Shown in pieces: positions 51,256 to 62,930 of a DNA stretch of 64,000 nt. The DNA comes from Cyanophora paradoxa CCMP329 (taxonomy: Eukaryota > Plantae > Glaucophyta). The notes beneath the pieces were generated by a model, which saw nothing but the letters and a program-made list of their open reading frames with translations, was not told the DNA's origin and did no database searches. The position numbers were made by a program, and so were the translations under genes. Numbering within the stretch: position 1 is the stretch's first letter; every line of letters begins with the position of its first letter. The stretch is taken from assembly GCA_004431415.1 (NCBI GenBank), contig QPMI01000439.1, positions 434,001 through 498,000 on the forward strand. Direction: 5' to 3'.

Positions 51256-54200
51256 ATGAGTTTCAATTACCCAGCAAACCTGCAAACCATTCCCTCATCA
51301 GGAAGAGGGAAGGCAGATAACAAACATGTAAATTTCGATAACTTGACAGCCAGAGGGTCAATCTCAATTGACCACAGTGCAGATGAACCCTCAAAGACTC
51401 ACCCAAGAATGCATGCACTTTCAATAAACGAAATGGATCCCGAAAAAGAGGATGTGAGTGTTGCTTTCAGCATGGGAAATGTGAAATCGAATCAGGTAGC
51501 CCAGATTAAAGCAACCAGGAGCAGACCAAGAAAACTGAAAACCAGTGGAACCCATCCAGATATTCCAACTCGATTCGATAGTGGTAGGTTAATATTCAAT
51601 GTTCAAAATGAGAAGGGTGGGCATCAGAGTGGTTTAAGAATCTATAATGAAGGATCAAATGCAATTGCACAAATTCCCGAAATATTACAGATAGCCCCCC
51701 ATGGAGAAACCAACAAAATCGAGTTCACTAACAATGTTTATCCAAGGATATTGTGGCGAATTCGGCTTCTAATGCACAATTCGGTTTCCAACTACCTGGT
51801 GATACAGCAAAGAATAAGGCGTCTATCACTGTCAACAGTAGCCCCACTCAACCAGTAACAGTTCATTTACACCCAGACCTTGTCGAAATGGATAGGCACC
51901 TTTTACCTTGGTCACCAACACCAAAGATCTTGGTATCAGAACCAGGCAATGGCGAAATATCCATGGAAGCAATGTGTATGCAAATGGTGAGAAACTGGTA
52001 AGTGAGAAGACCATAAGAGAGATCTTTGAATATTATGGACCTAATGGACTGTCCCAGTTCCCTTTCCTCTTCCATGGGATCCACCAGATTTAACACCAAA
52101 AAGCAACCAGGAAGAGAGTATACAGCAGATGAGACAGTTCCTTTGGGCAGCACATTGTGAGTTGGGAGCAGGTTCGAAATAAACCGATAATTGAACCAAG
52201 AAAGCAAATTGATGAGCAATATTTACCTCCGAAATCGATATATTGGAGCTTGATGATTACTACTTCGTCCAGATGAGGAGGAATACTACCAGACGGTTTT
52301 GACCCACAGGAATATGAGTATGATCAATATGACCCCAATGAGGAAGAGTATTTACCAGATGGTTTAGATCCACAAGAGTATGAATATGAGCAGAATTATG
52401 AACCCATGAGGAATATTTAGCAGATGGTCTCGAACCACCAGTTGTGGATTATGAGCAACCATATGAACCCCATGAAGAATTATTACCAGATGGATTTCGC
52501 CCAGAGATTTGGGAATTCTTCCCAGATTGGGAGCAGATCAACAATAAACCAGCCAGATTTCCACCAGAGGATCACAACCATGACTGGGATGAGATATTAG
52601 GTAAACCAGACAAATTCCCACCAGAGGATCACAGGCATGACTGGGGTGATATTGATGGAAAACCAGAAGAGTTTCCACCAGAAGATCACAGACATAAATG
52701 GAGCGAAATAGATGAACAACCAAAATTCGCATCAGCAGGTGATGATTTCGACACCTTACATGGTGTTACTCTCTACCAAAGTAATATCATACCAGAGAGA
52801 TTAAGATTAGATGAATATTACCTGAATCTCAAAGGAATAGATGCAGGAACCAAAATGCAGGGTGAATTATACATCAGACCCCTACAAGGATGCAGATAAT
52901 TGCAGCAGGCGGAAATTTCGGTTTGATGGACACCAAACCAGGTATCTATTTAACCAGTTACTATGCAGATGACATCCCAATGACAGGAGGATTGATCTCT
53001 CTACCATCTGATCCAGCAAACTATGATGACAAAGATGCAGCAATCCAAATTAATGTAACTGATGTTAGTGACTTAGATAGTTCAAGACCCAAATTAATAT
53101 TCAGCAGAGAGAGATTGTTACCCAATGCTCTCATTGGAAATCGAGATGACTACAAGAGATGCGAAATCTCATGGATAAAAACGAATTATAATGGTGGAGT
53201 TGGTGAGGGAGTTTTAGAAATCAATCAAAGGGCAGCAGCAAAGAATATTCACAATGAGACCATATCAAGAGTGGTAACAGAGGATTACCTTCAAGCCCAA
53301 AACTACATAGATGAAACAGAACTGAATACAATTATTGCAGGTATTAATATTGGTGTGACAGGTGATTACCTCCCTCTCACAGGTGGAATAATTGATGGAA
53401 CAGTGACAGCATGTAACTTCTTTGTCCACACTGAAAGTAATCAAACCTTCCAGTTGTACATCCAGGAGGTGAGTATGAGATCCCAGATGATCCAGCTATT
53501 ATGCCCATTAAGATTGACCTACCTTCTGATTATGTTGGAAGGGGTGAACTGAAAACGATCTCTTTCACAGGAGATTATAATGATCTCCTCAATAAACCAC
53601 CCCATCCAATTTACACCCTGTTGCATACTCAGGTAGTTTCCTTGATCTGAATAATAGATCACACACCCACACAAAGGCAGAAATTATAGATTTTGCACAC
53701 ACTCACACCAAATCCCAGATAACAGATTTTGCTCACTTCCACACCAGAGCAGATATCACGAATTTCGCTCACACTCATTTTAAATCTGAAATCACAGATT
53801 TCGCACACACTCACACAAAGTCACAGATAACAGATTTTGCACACACTCACACCAAAGGAGAGATTACAGACTTTGCTCACACCCATGTAAAGAGTGAGAT
53901 AACAGATTTTGCACACACTCACACCAAAGGTGAGATTACAGACTTTGCTCATACTCATACTAAGTCTCAAATTACAGATTTTGCTCACACACACCTTTGG
54001 GGAGATATTACAGATCGACCTACTCTTGATCCATTCACAGCAACCACTATTAGAGCCAACAACACGATGTATGTAGGATCAGGTCAGATTGTAGAACCAG
54101 CAGGACCTATGTTTGAAGAAACATGGTTCTTCCACAATTCGCAGAATTACTTTGATAAAACCTTACTTGTTCGTGGAAATGCATATGCAAGGAATTTCTA

Positions 54201-54580
54201 TGCTATGAACCCTCAAATAATGCGACCATCAGTCGATGCATTACAGAAGCAGATCTTTCCAGTCAACTCAATGCATATTTTAATGGAAAATTCAAGCAGG
54301 TAAGTATGTTTACACTACTCCTGTTTTAAATTACAATAATCTATATGTGTTCAATCTTACTATCTATTTTACCAATGCCTTTGCTTCTCCTCCTGTTGTT
54401 ACAGCAACTGTAAGGCATGAAGGACAAGAACCAAATTATCAAGTAACTCCCGTCATTTTTACTGTGAACCTGTTGAATGTTTACAGTAACTATTTCACTT
54501 GTGAACTTTTCACTGATCCATATGCAATGAATAATTCATCCAAAACTGTAACAATCCATTACATTGCTGTCGCAATTTAA
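51256..54580 (+). CDS. Long phage-tail-fibre-like protein(s), broken by frameshifts
   Basis: DLG..RQWRNIH motif; acidic LPDG..PQEYE repeats; FPPEDHxHxW..IxGKP x3; YLPLTGG; TGDYNDLLNKP; ten HxH..ITDF repeats; C-terminal FTNAFASPPVV domain. Confidence 0.75.
53662..54021 (+). repeat. Ten 36-bp coding repeats, consensus HTHTKSEITDFA
   Basis: Open frame from 53641, continuous with the ORF at 54067; missing from the ORF track because it has no start codon. Confidence 0.92.
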
Positions 54581-54599
54581 CTATTTGATTAATATAAAG

Positions 54600-55643
54600 A
54601 TGACCTCTCTATTAGAAATCCCAAACTATGAACTTGCAGCCAAATCACTGCACAGCACCTCTCATGGAGTAGTTGATTCAACCCCTGGGTATATTTGTAC
54701 TGAAACTTCAAGTAATACCTCTTTCACAGAGAATAATATACTCAGAGTCAAAGAAATTCGATGTGATAGGAATGGAGGCAAGATAAGAACCACAGGAATT
54801 ATTATCTCGAATAAAAATCAGGTTCAAGCAGGTCAAGTAGTCCCAGATTCAGCAATATATGATAATGTAGGTGGATTTACCACAGCACAGATAGTTTCTT
54901 TTGGTAACACAAGTAATACTTCCGCTCTTGTAGTCAAGAGTGGAGGAGCATACTTTGGAGAGGCATTAAAGGTGAATGGAACAGTAACAGCATCCATACT
55001 AAATGCTGGAAGTGGAATGTTTGAGAGTCCAATAAATTTTGAGGGTGGATATAATGCGAGTAGTTTTTCAGTTGGTGTTGGTGTCTTTTCCACAATGTTA
55101 AACACACCTGAAATTGAATCATCGAATGCACTCAATATCAAGAGAAATGCAGTGGTTACAGCAACCATAAACAATGTTTCCCCTTCAATAAATCTAATTA
55201 AATATCTGAAAGCTCCTCACCCTCGGTTTTGTATTGTAAATTATTCAACATCAGCAGTTACTGTGGGAACCACATCAACAGCAAGAAGATTCGCTTTTAA
55301 CAGAACTCTTGTGGATGCAAGCAATAATATCACATTATCCACAGGCACCTTTACAGCACCTGTGTCCGGAATTTATAGATTCTTCTTCATTGTTCAAATG
55401 TCAACAGCTTCATCAACAGGGGAGTGTAGAGTTGCATTTAGAAAGAATGATTTGGCTCTTTCCCTCAATCGGTTCAAGAATTTTCAACTTACAATGGAAG
55501 GCGAAGTGTTCATATGGAGGCTTCTTTTGCTGTATATGCGAACGAATTTGTGAATGTTATACAAACCTGGACATCGTCCATGCAATATGATGCTACAATA
55601 CAAGGTATTACCTGTTTGGGGGCATCTCATCAGTAGATTATAA
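54600..55643 (+). CDS. Fibre/spike paralog 1 with a C1q-like head
   Basis: Shared N-terminal domain (ICTE..SFT.N.I.R.KEIRCDRN.GKIRTT); FTAPVSGIYRFFF C1q motif; frameshift near the C-terminus. Confidence 0.8.
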
Positions 55644-55665
55644 ACTTTTTGTTGGGAATTTATAG

Positions 55666-56686
55666 ATGGCTACCCAAATTGCAGTTCCTGTTTTCTGTTA
55701 TGCAGCACCTAAATTGCATCAACTGAACCACACAGTTACAGATGCTATTCCCGGGTTTATTTGCACAGAAACCACAGGAGCAGATTCGTTTACTCAAAAT
55801 TCGATTATCAGATGCAAGGAGATTCGATGTGATAGAAATGCTGGAAAAATAAGAACCACACAATTAATCGTAAGTAACAAGAATCAGGTGTTAACAGGTG
55901 GTGTAGTTGCTGATGCAGCTATTTATGATGATGCAGGTGGGGTGACCACACCACAGATTGTTACTTTTGATGGGACAGAAAATAATGCAGCACTTGTAGT
56001 TAAATCAGGTGGAGCATGGATAGGTTCGGGAGCTTTTGTGAATGGAACACTCTCAGCTGCAAACGTCTCAATTTCAGGCCAAACGACATTTACAGGTGTT
56101 GTGAATGCAAATGGTGGTCTTTTTGTTCCTACTTATACAGTCCCTGTGATGACCACAACCACAAAGATTCAAACACTGAAATAGATACAGGAGCAAATGT
56201 AGATCTCATTCTGAAACGCAATAGCACAGAAGTCGCACGAATTGATGCAGGGGGTCTTACAATCGCAGCAACTTTTATTTGAAGCAAGAAACCCAACCTC
56301 GATTTTGTGTTGGGTTTGGTGTAGCAACAAGAAGTGGAGTATATGGGCGTCTTACTAATTGGTTGCATGAATTCTTTGATAATACCAACTCATTTGATGT
56401 AGTAGAAGGGAAATTCACAGCGCCTATAAGTGGAGATTATAGATTCTCTCTTAATTCTTATAGTATTGTTACCTCATCTGTGAGTGTAGATCTGAAAGTA
56501 AATGATCAGAATGTTTCAACAGAATTCAATTTCAGGGTAAACAACTCACAAACAGTAACCAACAAAACAATCATTTTGAGCGCAATACTCAGACTTGGAG
56601 CCGGGGATAATGTCTCTATTTATGCTGTTGATACTTCCATTTCAGAATTCACAACGTTTAGTGGCGAATTGCTGAGCATAATTTAA
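55666..56686 (+). CDS. Fibre/spike paralog 2 with a C1q-like head (frameshifted)
   Basis: Same N-terminal domain; GKFTAPISGDYRFS, LRLGAGDNV, TFSGELL. Confidence 0.8.
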
Positions 56687-56705
56687 TTTCTACAAGTAGT
56701 TTAGA

Positions 56706-56969
56706 ATGTCGAATATATACCAAGTAGTTCTGACTGATACCGAAAAGTTGGGAATGGAATATTGCGCTGCTTCTGTTCAGGACTGGATTGATAATGCTGC
56801 CCACAACAGGGCAAGAATCGCAATTGATGAGATTGTTCAGAAAGAGATCCAATCTTGCATCTCATCAGGAGTTCAGATACCAACCTCAAAGGAAGCGATT
56901 GTATTACAGGCATTCCAAAGGGGAACTGTAAAGAAAGGCATCGAGTATAACAATGTCACAGAAGAGTAG
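56706..56969 (+). CDS. Small protein resembling those found next to C1q fibres in aquatic phages (possible fibre chaperone)
   Basis: LTDTE..MEY.A.SVQDWIDNA.HNRARIAIDEI..QAF..G.VK, recognised from memory and not by search. Confidence 0.6.
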   Translation: MSNIYQVVLTDTEKLGMEYCAASVQDWIDNAAHNRARIAIDEIVQKEIQSCISSGVQIPTSKEAIVLQAFQRGTVKKGIEYNNVTEE

Positions 56970-57007
56970 TGTACATTATTTTTCTTTCCTTCTTAGTAAA
57001 AGAAGCA

Positions 57008-57851
57008 ATGGGTGAATATAATCGAGTTCAACTTCCAATATATTCCTTGGATCCCCTGCTATGCACTTTCGCCAGCATGAAGTTAATGATGAGGTTCGTG
57101 GTTTAGAATCCACAGAGAGACCCAATTCCAATGGTAACTCTTTTGATAAGAATTCGATTATTCGAGTTAAAGAACTGAGAGCAGACAAGAATTCGGGTGT
57201 GGTTAAAACAACTCGACTCCTTGTCTCAAATGCGAACTTCTTCCAACCCACTAATGGAGGTCTGATGCTTACAGTGTAGACCTGAAAGCCCTCGATTTTG
57301 ACAAGAATTCTGCTGCTGTAACTGTGAGATCAGGTGGAGCATTTATTGGTGGTGGTTGCAGAGTTTCAGGTCAACTCTCCTCATCAATTGCATACAATGA
57401 TGTCCCAGATACTCTTGAACAGAATGTTGAAGACCCACAACGAATTCGATTATATATACCAGTTGCACAACAGCCAATTATTCAATTTTACCAAGGTTAT
57501 ACTGTCACACTTGAAAACTCTGAATTGATTGAAGGAACCAAAAGAGTAATGAGAGGGCTGGTCATTCCTTCTGCAATGCTTTCTTTATGTAGAGCCAACA
57601 ATAACCAGCCAGGTCACAGATACAATTTCAGTGTTCAAGGATATGATCATTTCGGCACAGGGTTCTGTGTTTATAATAACAATTTCACCTATGATCTGTT
57701 TGTTACAGATATTGGAAAATATACAATTACAGTTATGGGTATCAGAACAGATATAGCTGCTGTCTCAGCTCTAAGAGGTGTTACTCCTGATACTCTTTCT
57801 CAAACAGGGTTTTACCAGGAACCAGATGTGATTGATAACCCAACCCCATAA
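57008..57851 (+). CDS. Fibre/spike paralog 3 with a different C-terminal domain (frameshifted)
   Basis: SFDKNSIIRVKELRADKNSGVVKTT and VRSGGAFIG align with paralogs 1 and 2; the C-terminus is not C1q. Confidence 0.7.
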
Positions 57852-59559
57852 ATTATATATTACTTTAATGTAAAATGGCTGCCCCAGTAGAGCGAATTAT
57901 TACACTTTTTTTTTTTTTCAGTAATCCCTAGTGTATTAGGGGACTGGTGCCCCAAGTTGACAAACAGCTAATGCTATCTGCCTACCCTAGGCCTAAGCCT
58001 ACAAACACACGACAAGTCTAGCTTACCTCCCCCCTATTGGGTCTCCAGCTAGACTAACCCCGAGGGAATCTCCCTACTGCGAGCCCTACCCCCTAAGGCC
58101 ACTCTTGCGGCCCTCGGTGGGGCCTCCCCCAGCGGCCGCGCGAGCGCGGCCATTGGGGGGGTGGGGTTGGGGGTGGGGAGCTGGGGCCGGAGAGTTTATT
58201 GGGGCAGGGCCCCGGAGGATTTATTGCGCACCGCCTCTGCGGTGCGAGCGCCGCCGGGCGCGGGGCCCCCGGGGGAGGGGTTGGGGCCCCCCATCCGGCG
58301 GCGGGTCCCGCCCTGCAGGCTGCCAGCGGCGTGGCAGCCTGCACCTGCGCGGGCGGGACCGGACCTGGCGCAGGCAGGCAGGCCACGCCCGAGGGGCCTG
58401 CTCTCCTCCAGGAGTGGGCCTCTCAAGCGCGAGCGTGGCGTCAGCCCGGCGCGCGCGGGCAGGGAGTGCACACTTTGGGCTCAGGGTCTGTAGCCCAGCG
58501 GGGAGAGGCCGAAGATGAGGAGGGACTGGATGAGGTCGCCGCGGTGGAGCAGGGGGTGGTACCTTGGGGGGCAGAGAAGGGGGTACGGGGCTCGGTGGAG
58601 GCGGCGGTGACGGCCCAGGGGGTGTAGGCAGAGGGGACATCGGTCTGGGGGCGGGAGTGCCTCGGGGTGGAGCTGGCGCGCGCGGGCGGAAAACTCGAAT
58701 GGGGGCGGTGGTGCGGGGACCGAGGGCGGTGCCGGCGGTGGTGGGGGGGCCCGGCGGCGGGGGGCGCGGGCTGGCGGGGCGGGGCCGGTCTTGCGGTTCG
58801 ACGGGTGACGGCGGTGTGGGGGGGTCAGAGAGGCTCGCCGAGGCGGGGGGTCCGGGGGGGGCGGTCCTGTGGATCAGGGGCTGGGACAGCCGGACCTGCA
58901 CGTCGGGCTCCGCGGTCTCCACGTGCAAGAAGATTGTTGCGGGCGGAGGTGAAGCCGGCCGAGTCACGGAGGGCGGCCAGCTCACGCTCGCGGCGCGTGA
59001 GGCGGCGGGGTAGCGGGGCTGGCTGCGGGGAGGGGAGGAGGCTGGGGGGTGTGGGGGGGAGGGGGCTGGGGGGAAGGGGGGGGAGACGGGGCCGGGGACG
59101 GTGGAGGGGCCGGTCGGGCGGGCGAGGGGAGGGGGCCGGGGGTGGCGGAGGTCCGCTGGGGGCGGGGGCGGCGGGGAGTCCGGAGGGGGAGGGGGCAGTT
59201 GCGAGTCGGGGCCGGGAGAACGGGGGAGAGACCGACCGCGGACCGGAAGTAGGATTGGAGGGGCGCATCGCCACGGTCGTCCTCTGCCGCGGCCTTTGCC
59301 GCGGCCCTTACCGGGTCGAGCTGTGCCGGCACCTAGTCGGGAGGAAGGGCCTGTCGCCTCCGGTCGGCCTGTCGGAGGTGGGCGAGGCGAGGCGGGGGGC
59401 GGGGCGGGGCGTGGGGGGGGCGGGGGGTCCGGGGCTCGCGGCGGCGGGGGTGGAGCCGGAGCCGGAGGGGGCTGGGGCGGACCTCTGGGGCCGGGTCCGG
59501 GTGCTGGGGGCCGTTGGCTTGTGGCTAGGATTCGGGTGAGGATGAGGCTGCGCCAGTGG

Positions 59560-60150
59560 GCGCAGCACCGGCTGCTGCCATCGAAGGGCGAGTTGGGGTC
59601 CGTGAGCGCGTCTTCTTGGCCCCGGACCAGGGCGTCTGCCAGGGCACAGACAATTACACCGCAGCTGAAGCGGTCCCGTTGTTCGGGGATGGGGTACCTG
59701 GTGGCCGATGCAAGCGGCCAGGCGGTGGGGTCGTCTGAGGGGAGGTTGCGTTCCCGGCGCTCGAGCTGGAGCCAGCGGAGAATCGGGGCCAGCTTCTCTC
59801 GAGCCGACTCTGCGTTTGGCAGGTTGTAGGCATCATAGAGTTCGGCTCGACGGTCACGTACGTGGATCGCAGCGAAGGTCCAGTGGCCCGGTGAGTGGAT
59901 CGGGAAGAGCAGAACATCGAAGTCGAACGGGCTGACCCGCGGGCTACCAGCTTGTTGTGAAGGCGCTGGGGGCCTCGGCCTGGCGCGGAGAGGTTAGGGT
60001 ACTCAAGCGAGTCAAAGATTAGTGGACGGCGGGCCAGGGCAGGGAGTTGGGCGAGGAGGGCGAGGTAGAAGACAACGGTCTCGTCGTCTAACCAGGTCTC
60101 ACCATTGAGCCGACTGAGAGATCTCCTCGTGACGTTGATGCTGCCCGAGG
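59560..60150 (-). CDS. Ulp1/C48 SUMO-protease domain of the retrotransposon
   Basis: SLSRLNGETWLDDETVVFYL; after a frameshift LLFPIHSPGHWT, LYDA and PEQRDRFSCG (His-Asp-Cys triad plus Gln). Confidence 0.88.
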
Positions 60151-60759
60151 TACCGAGCAGCGGCGAGGAGATCTGTCGGAGTACTTCCTGCGCAGGCTTT
60201 AGCGGGCCGGGTCGGGTCTGTGCCCACGCTAGGCGGACCTCTTCGGACGGCGGCAGGGGGGGCCACGGGCTGGGCTGCGGGCGGGTCGGGGCCGCGGGCA
60301 AGGGTGAGTGCCGGGGCTCCGGCGGGTGAGGCGCTGGGGGGCTCAGGGGGGGTGGAGGGTTAAGCTGGGGGGCTGAGCTCACGGGAGGGGCGTCCGATCG
60401 CGAGGTTGCTTTGAGGTTCGTGGGCGGGCTGTGCGGGCTGTCTGCGGCGACATTCATCAGGTCATGGGCGTCGGGCGGGGAGGGCGGGCAAGCTGGACGG
60501 TCTGTGCTCGACCGGCCTACTGCTGAGTGCGCATCGCGCGCTGGCGCTGCGTCGGCTGGAGACGGGCGCGTTCCGGTACGCTTGGGGGTACCGGAATACT
60601 ACTGACCGGCACTACGGGTGCGGGCTGCGGGTTCGGGTCCGGCTGGGGGCGTGTCTCCCGGCGCGGCGGCTTCTTCGGCGGGCCGCGGGGTCTGTTGCTG
60701 GCGGGGTCGAGGCGCCGTCAGAGTCCGACGCGTGAGGCCACAGCGGCGCTGCCAGGCTT

Positions 60760-61506
60760 GGACGTCCGAGTTTCGCGCCTGCCAAATCTCCTGGAGCCCA
60801 GTCACAAGTACATCAAAGATCCCGTTCGCGCATTTCCGAGCAGCGGGGCGCGGACATGAAGGTACTCGAGGGCCGGGACCAGACTGCGGGGAGGAGCAGC
60901 CGGACGGACAGGCGGGGCGAGTCGTGCGAGAGGTCGGTGAAAAGGGCCTGTCCGTGAGTCAGCCAGCGGGAGGGGAGCCGTAGAGACAGGCACGGAGGTG
61001 GGGGGTACAGGCCGGGTCGCGAGCGTTCGTGCACGTCTGACGCCAGCGGCGTTCGTCAGCGAGGGCGAAGGCGGGAAATAGGTCGCGGAGGAACAGGCCG
61101 TCCGACTTCAGGCCGTCCGGGAGCTCGTACCTCGTTGCGGCGACTTTAGTCTCTGCGTGGTGATCGTTGTGTGGAGGAGGTTGTAAATCTTGGATTGCAT
61201 AGCGAGCCGGGCCGCTTGCGATGCCAAACAAAGGCCGAAGGCGTGGTCGTGGGTCTCGGGTTGACTCGCGCTGTGGAGCGCCGGCGGGGGTCGCGGTCTG
61301 CGGTTGCGGCGGCTCCTGGGTCGCGCCTCGGTGCCCAGGGGGTGCCGGGATGGGCCGCCGGAGGCGTCGGCGACGCGAGCGCACCCAGGGCGTACGCACA
61401 GGCCTTGCGGGTTGATGTTGCCGTAGAGGTGTGGGGCATCGCGGGCACGGACAGGTAGGAGGGCGCGAGTTCCATGCTGAATTTGGTGAGCTGCGCAAGC
61501 GGGCAT
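60760..61506 (-). CDS. LINE C-terminal CCHC zinc finger and IWxxRN motif
   Basis: CVRPGC...ETHDHAFGLC, and downstream LQEIWQARN. Confidence 0.7.
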
Positions 61507-62349
61507 TGAACGGGCTGACGCGTCGCGGGAGGCGCCTGCTTACGGAATTCGCGCGCGAGCCGTGCCGTCGGCCGGGGCGCCGAGCCACGAGGATTCAAGC
61601 GACGTCAGCCGCACGAAGTTACGCATTCGCAGACGGCGCGGACGTGGGCCGGGGGTCGGACTCGACGCGGTACGCTCTGCTGGAGTCGTACCCTCCAGGC
61701 TCCTGCGGGGGGGTGAGAAGAGGAGACGAACTCGAACCCGCCGGGGGAAAGAGGGGCTCACGCCGTGCTAGCCATGCACGTTTGCGGCAGCCGAGACGGC
61801 GGGTCGGATGCGACTGCGGGATCTGCCTGCCAGGTGGCGCTCTCGACGTCAGCCCAGGCATTGAGGCCGTGGCCATCGCTGCAGACCTTGGAGAACGGGG
61901 CGCAGGGGTGCAGGGCGAGTGCCGCTGCGGCGAGGCGGTCGGCTCGGTGGTTATCCGGTCGTACGCATCATTCAGTACCCTCTCCATGCGTTGGGCGATC
62001 GGGAGGCCGGCGAGGGCGGGAACGTGGGGCCGAGAGCCGCGAGCGCGTCTCGACGGCGCTGGCGTTCCTCCCGGCGCGCCGTGCGGTCTGACGTTCGATC
62101 TGGTGGAGAATGCGTCGAGTCTCGCGGCGGCGGAGGTGAGCAGTGCGCGCACGGATGTGCTCGACAGGTAGTTATAGCGCCCGAAAGCGGGTTCGGGCGC
62201 CCGCGTACACCCTTGTCCCTCGCCGAATTTGGCGATAAGCTCGCGTCAGAGGGCTCGGGGGGAGGTCGTCCGGGGCGGAGAGGTAGGACACGTACGATCC
62301 GGAGTCGTCCGCATCGCTGTCCGTCTCGGGCTCTGCGGGGCGACAGGCG

Positions 62350-62930
62350 CAGGCCGGTCAGTGTACTCTTTCTGATGCGCCTTCACTTCTGTACGCGGAC
62401 CTCGGCGGGTGGCCTTCCGGCGGCGGCGGCGAGGGCTCTGCGGTGCTGATGGACTTCTGCAGCCGCTCGCAGATGGTGCGAGAAGTTGGTGCGAAGCCGC
62501 TGCGGACCGTCGAGTCAGCGCGGTGCAGGACAGAGCGGCGGATGAGTGACATCGCCGTCGAGCTGTCTGTCTTAACTGTGCAGCCCTCGGCGACTTTAAG
62601 AAGGCCGTGAGGACGGCGAGGAGCTCGCCTTTGTTGTTGTTGACAGTGCCGGGCACGGGGCGACAAAGAAGTCGCTGCCGTCCGTGGGATGGCTTCGGCG
62701 AGCTCCCGCAGGGCCGCCGCCTGTGGGCGTCATCTTCTGCGCATGCATCGGCTTCACGCAGCAGCTGGTTTTTCAGCTGTATACCTTCGCTGCGGCGCTG
62801 GGCTTCCCGCTGCGATCCGCTGGGGAGTGCGCCGCGTTTGCTCGTGGTCCCGGGTCCAGACACCGCGTAAGCCGTTAGCGCCGCCTCGGATCCGAACCCC
62901 GTTGTGCTGGCATCGGTCGCCGCACTCTCG
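62350..62930 (-). CDS. RNase H domain of the retrotransposon (frameshifted)
   Basis: TDAS, NNNKGELLAV, VKTDSSTAM and EVKAH, the RNase H D-E-D and H motifs in order. Confidence 0.85.

Larger units (their letters stand above)
32937..57905. mobile_element. Endogenous Polinton-like virus / virophage-like element (right end not in window)
   Basis: Abrupt switch to AT-rich, intronless, densely packed genes: MCP, 2 pentons, packaging ATPase, primase-helicase, pPolB, rve integrase, lipase and fibres. Left boundary approximate. Interrupted on the right by a retrotransposon. Confidence 0.93.

Noticed and set aside
51256-57851. Diversity-generating retroelement acting on the fibre heads
   Set aside because: No template/variable repeat pair differing at adenines was seen, and there is no DGR-type RT. 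The neighbouring retroelement is LINE-like.
59560-60150. Ulp1 domain as the missing viral maturation protease
   Set aside because: It is GC-rich, collinear with the LINE domains and upstream of the LINE poly-A, so it belongs to the retrotransposon.
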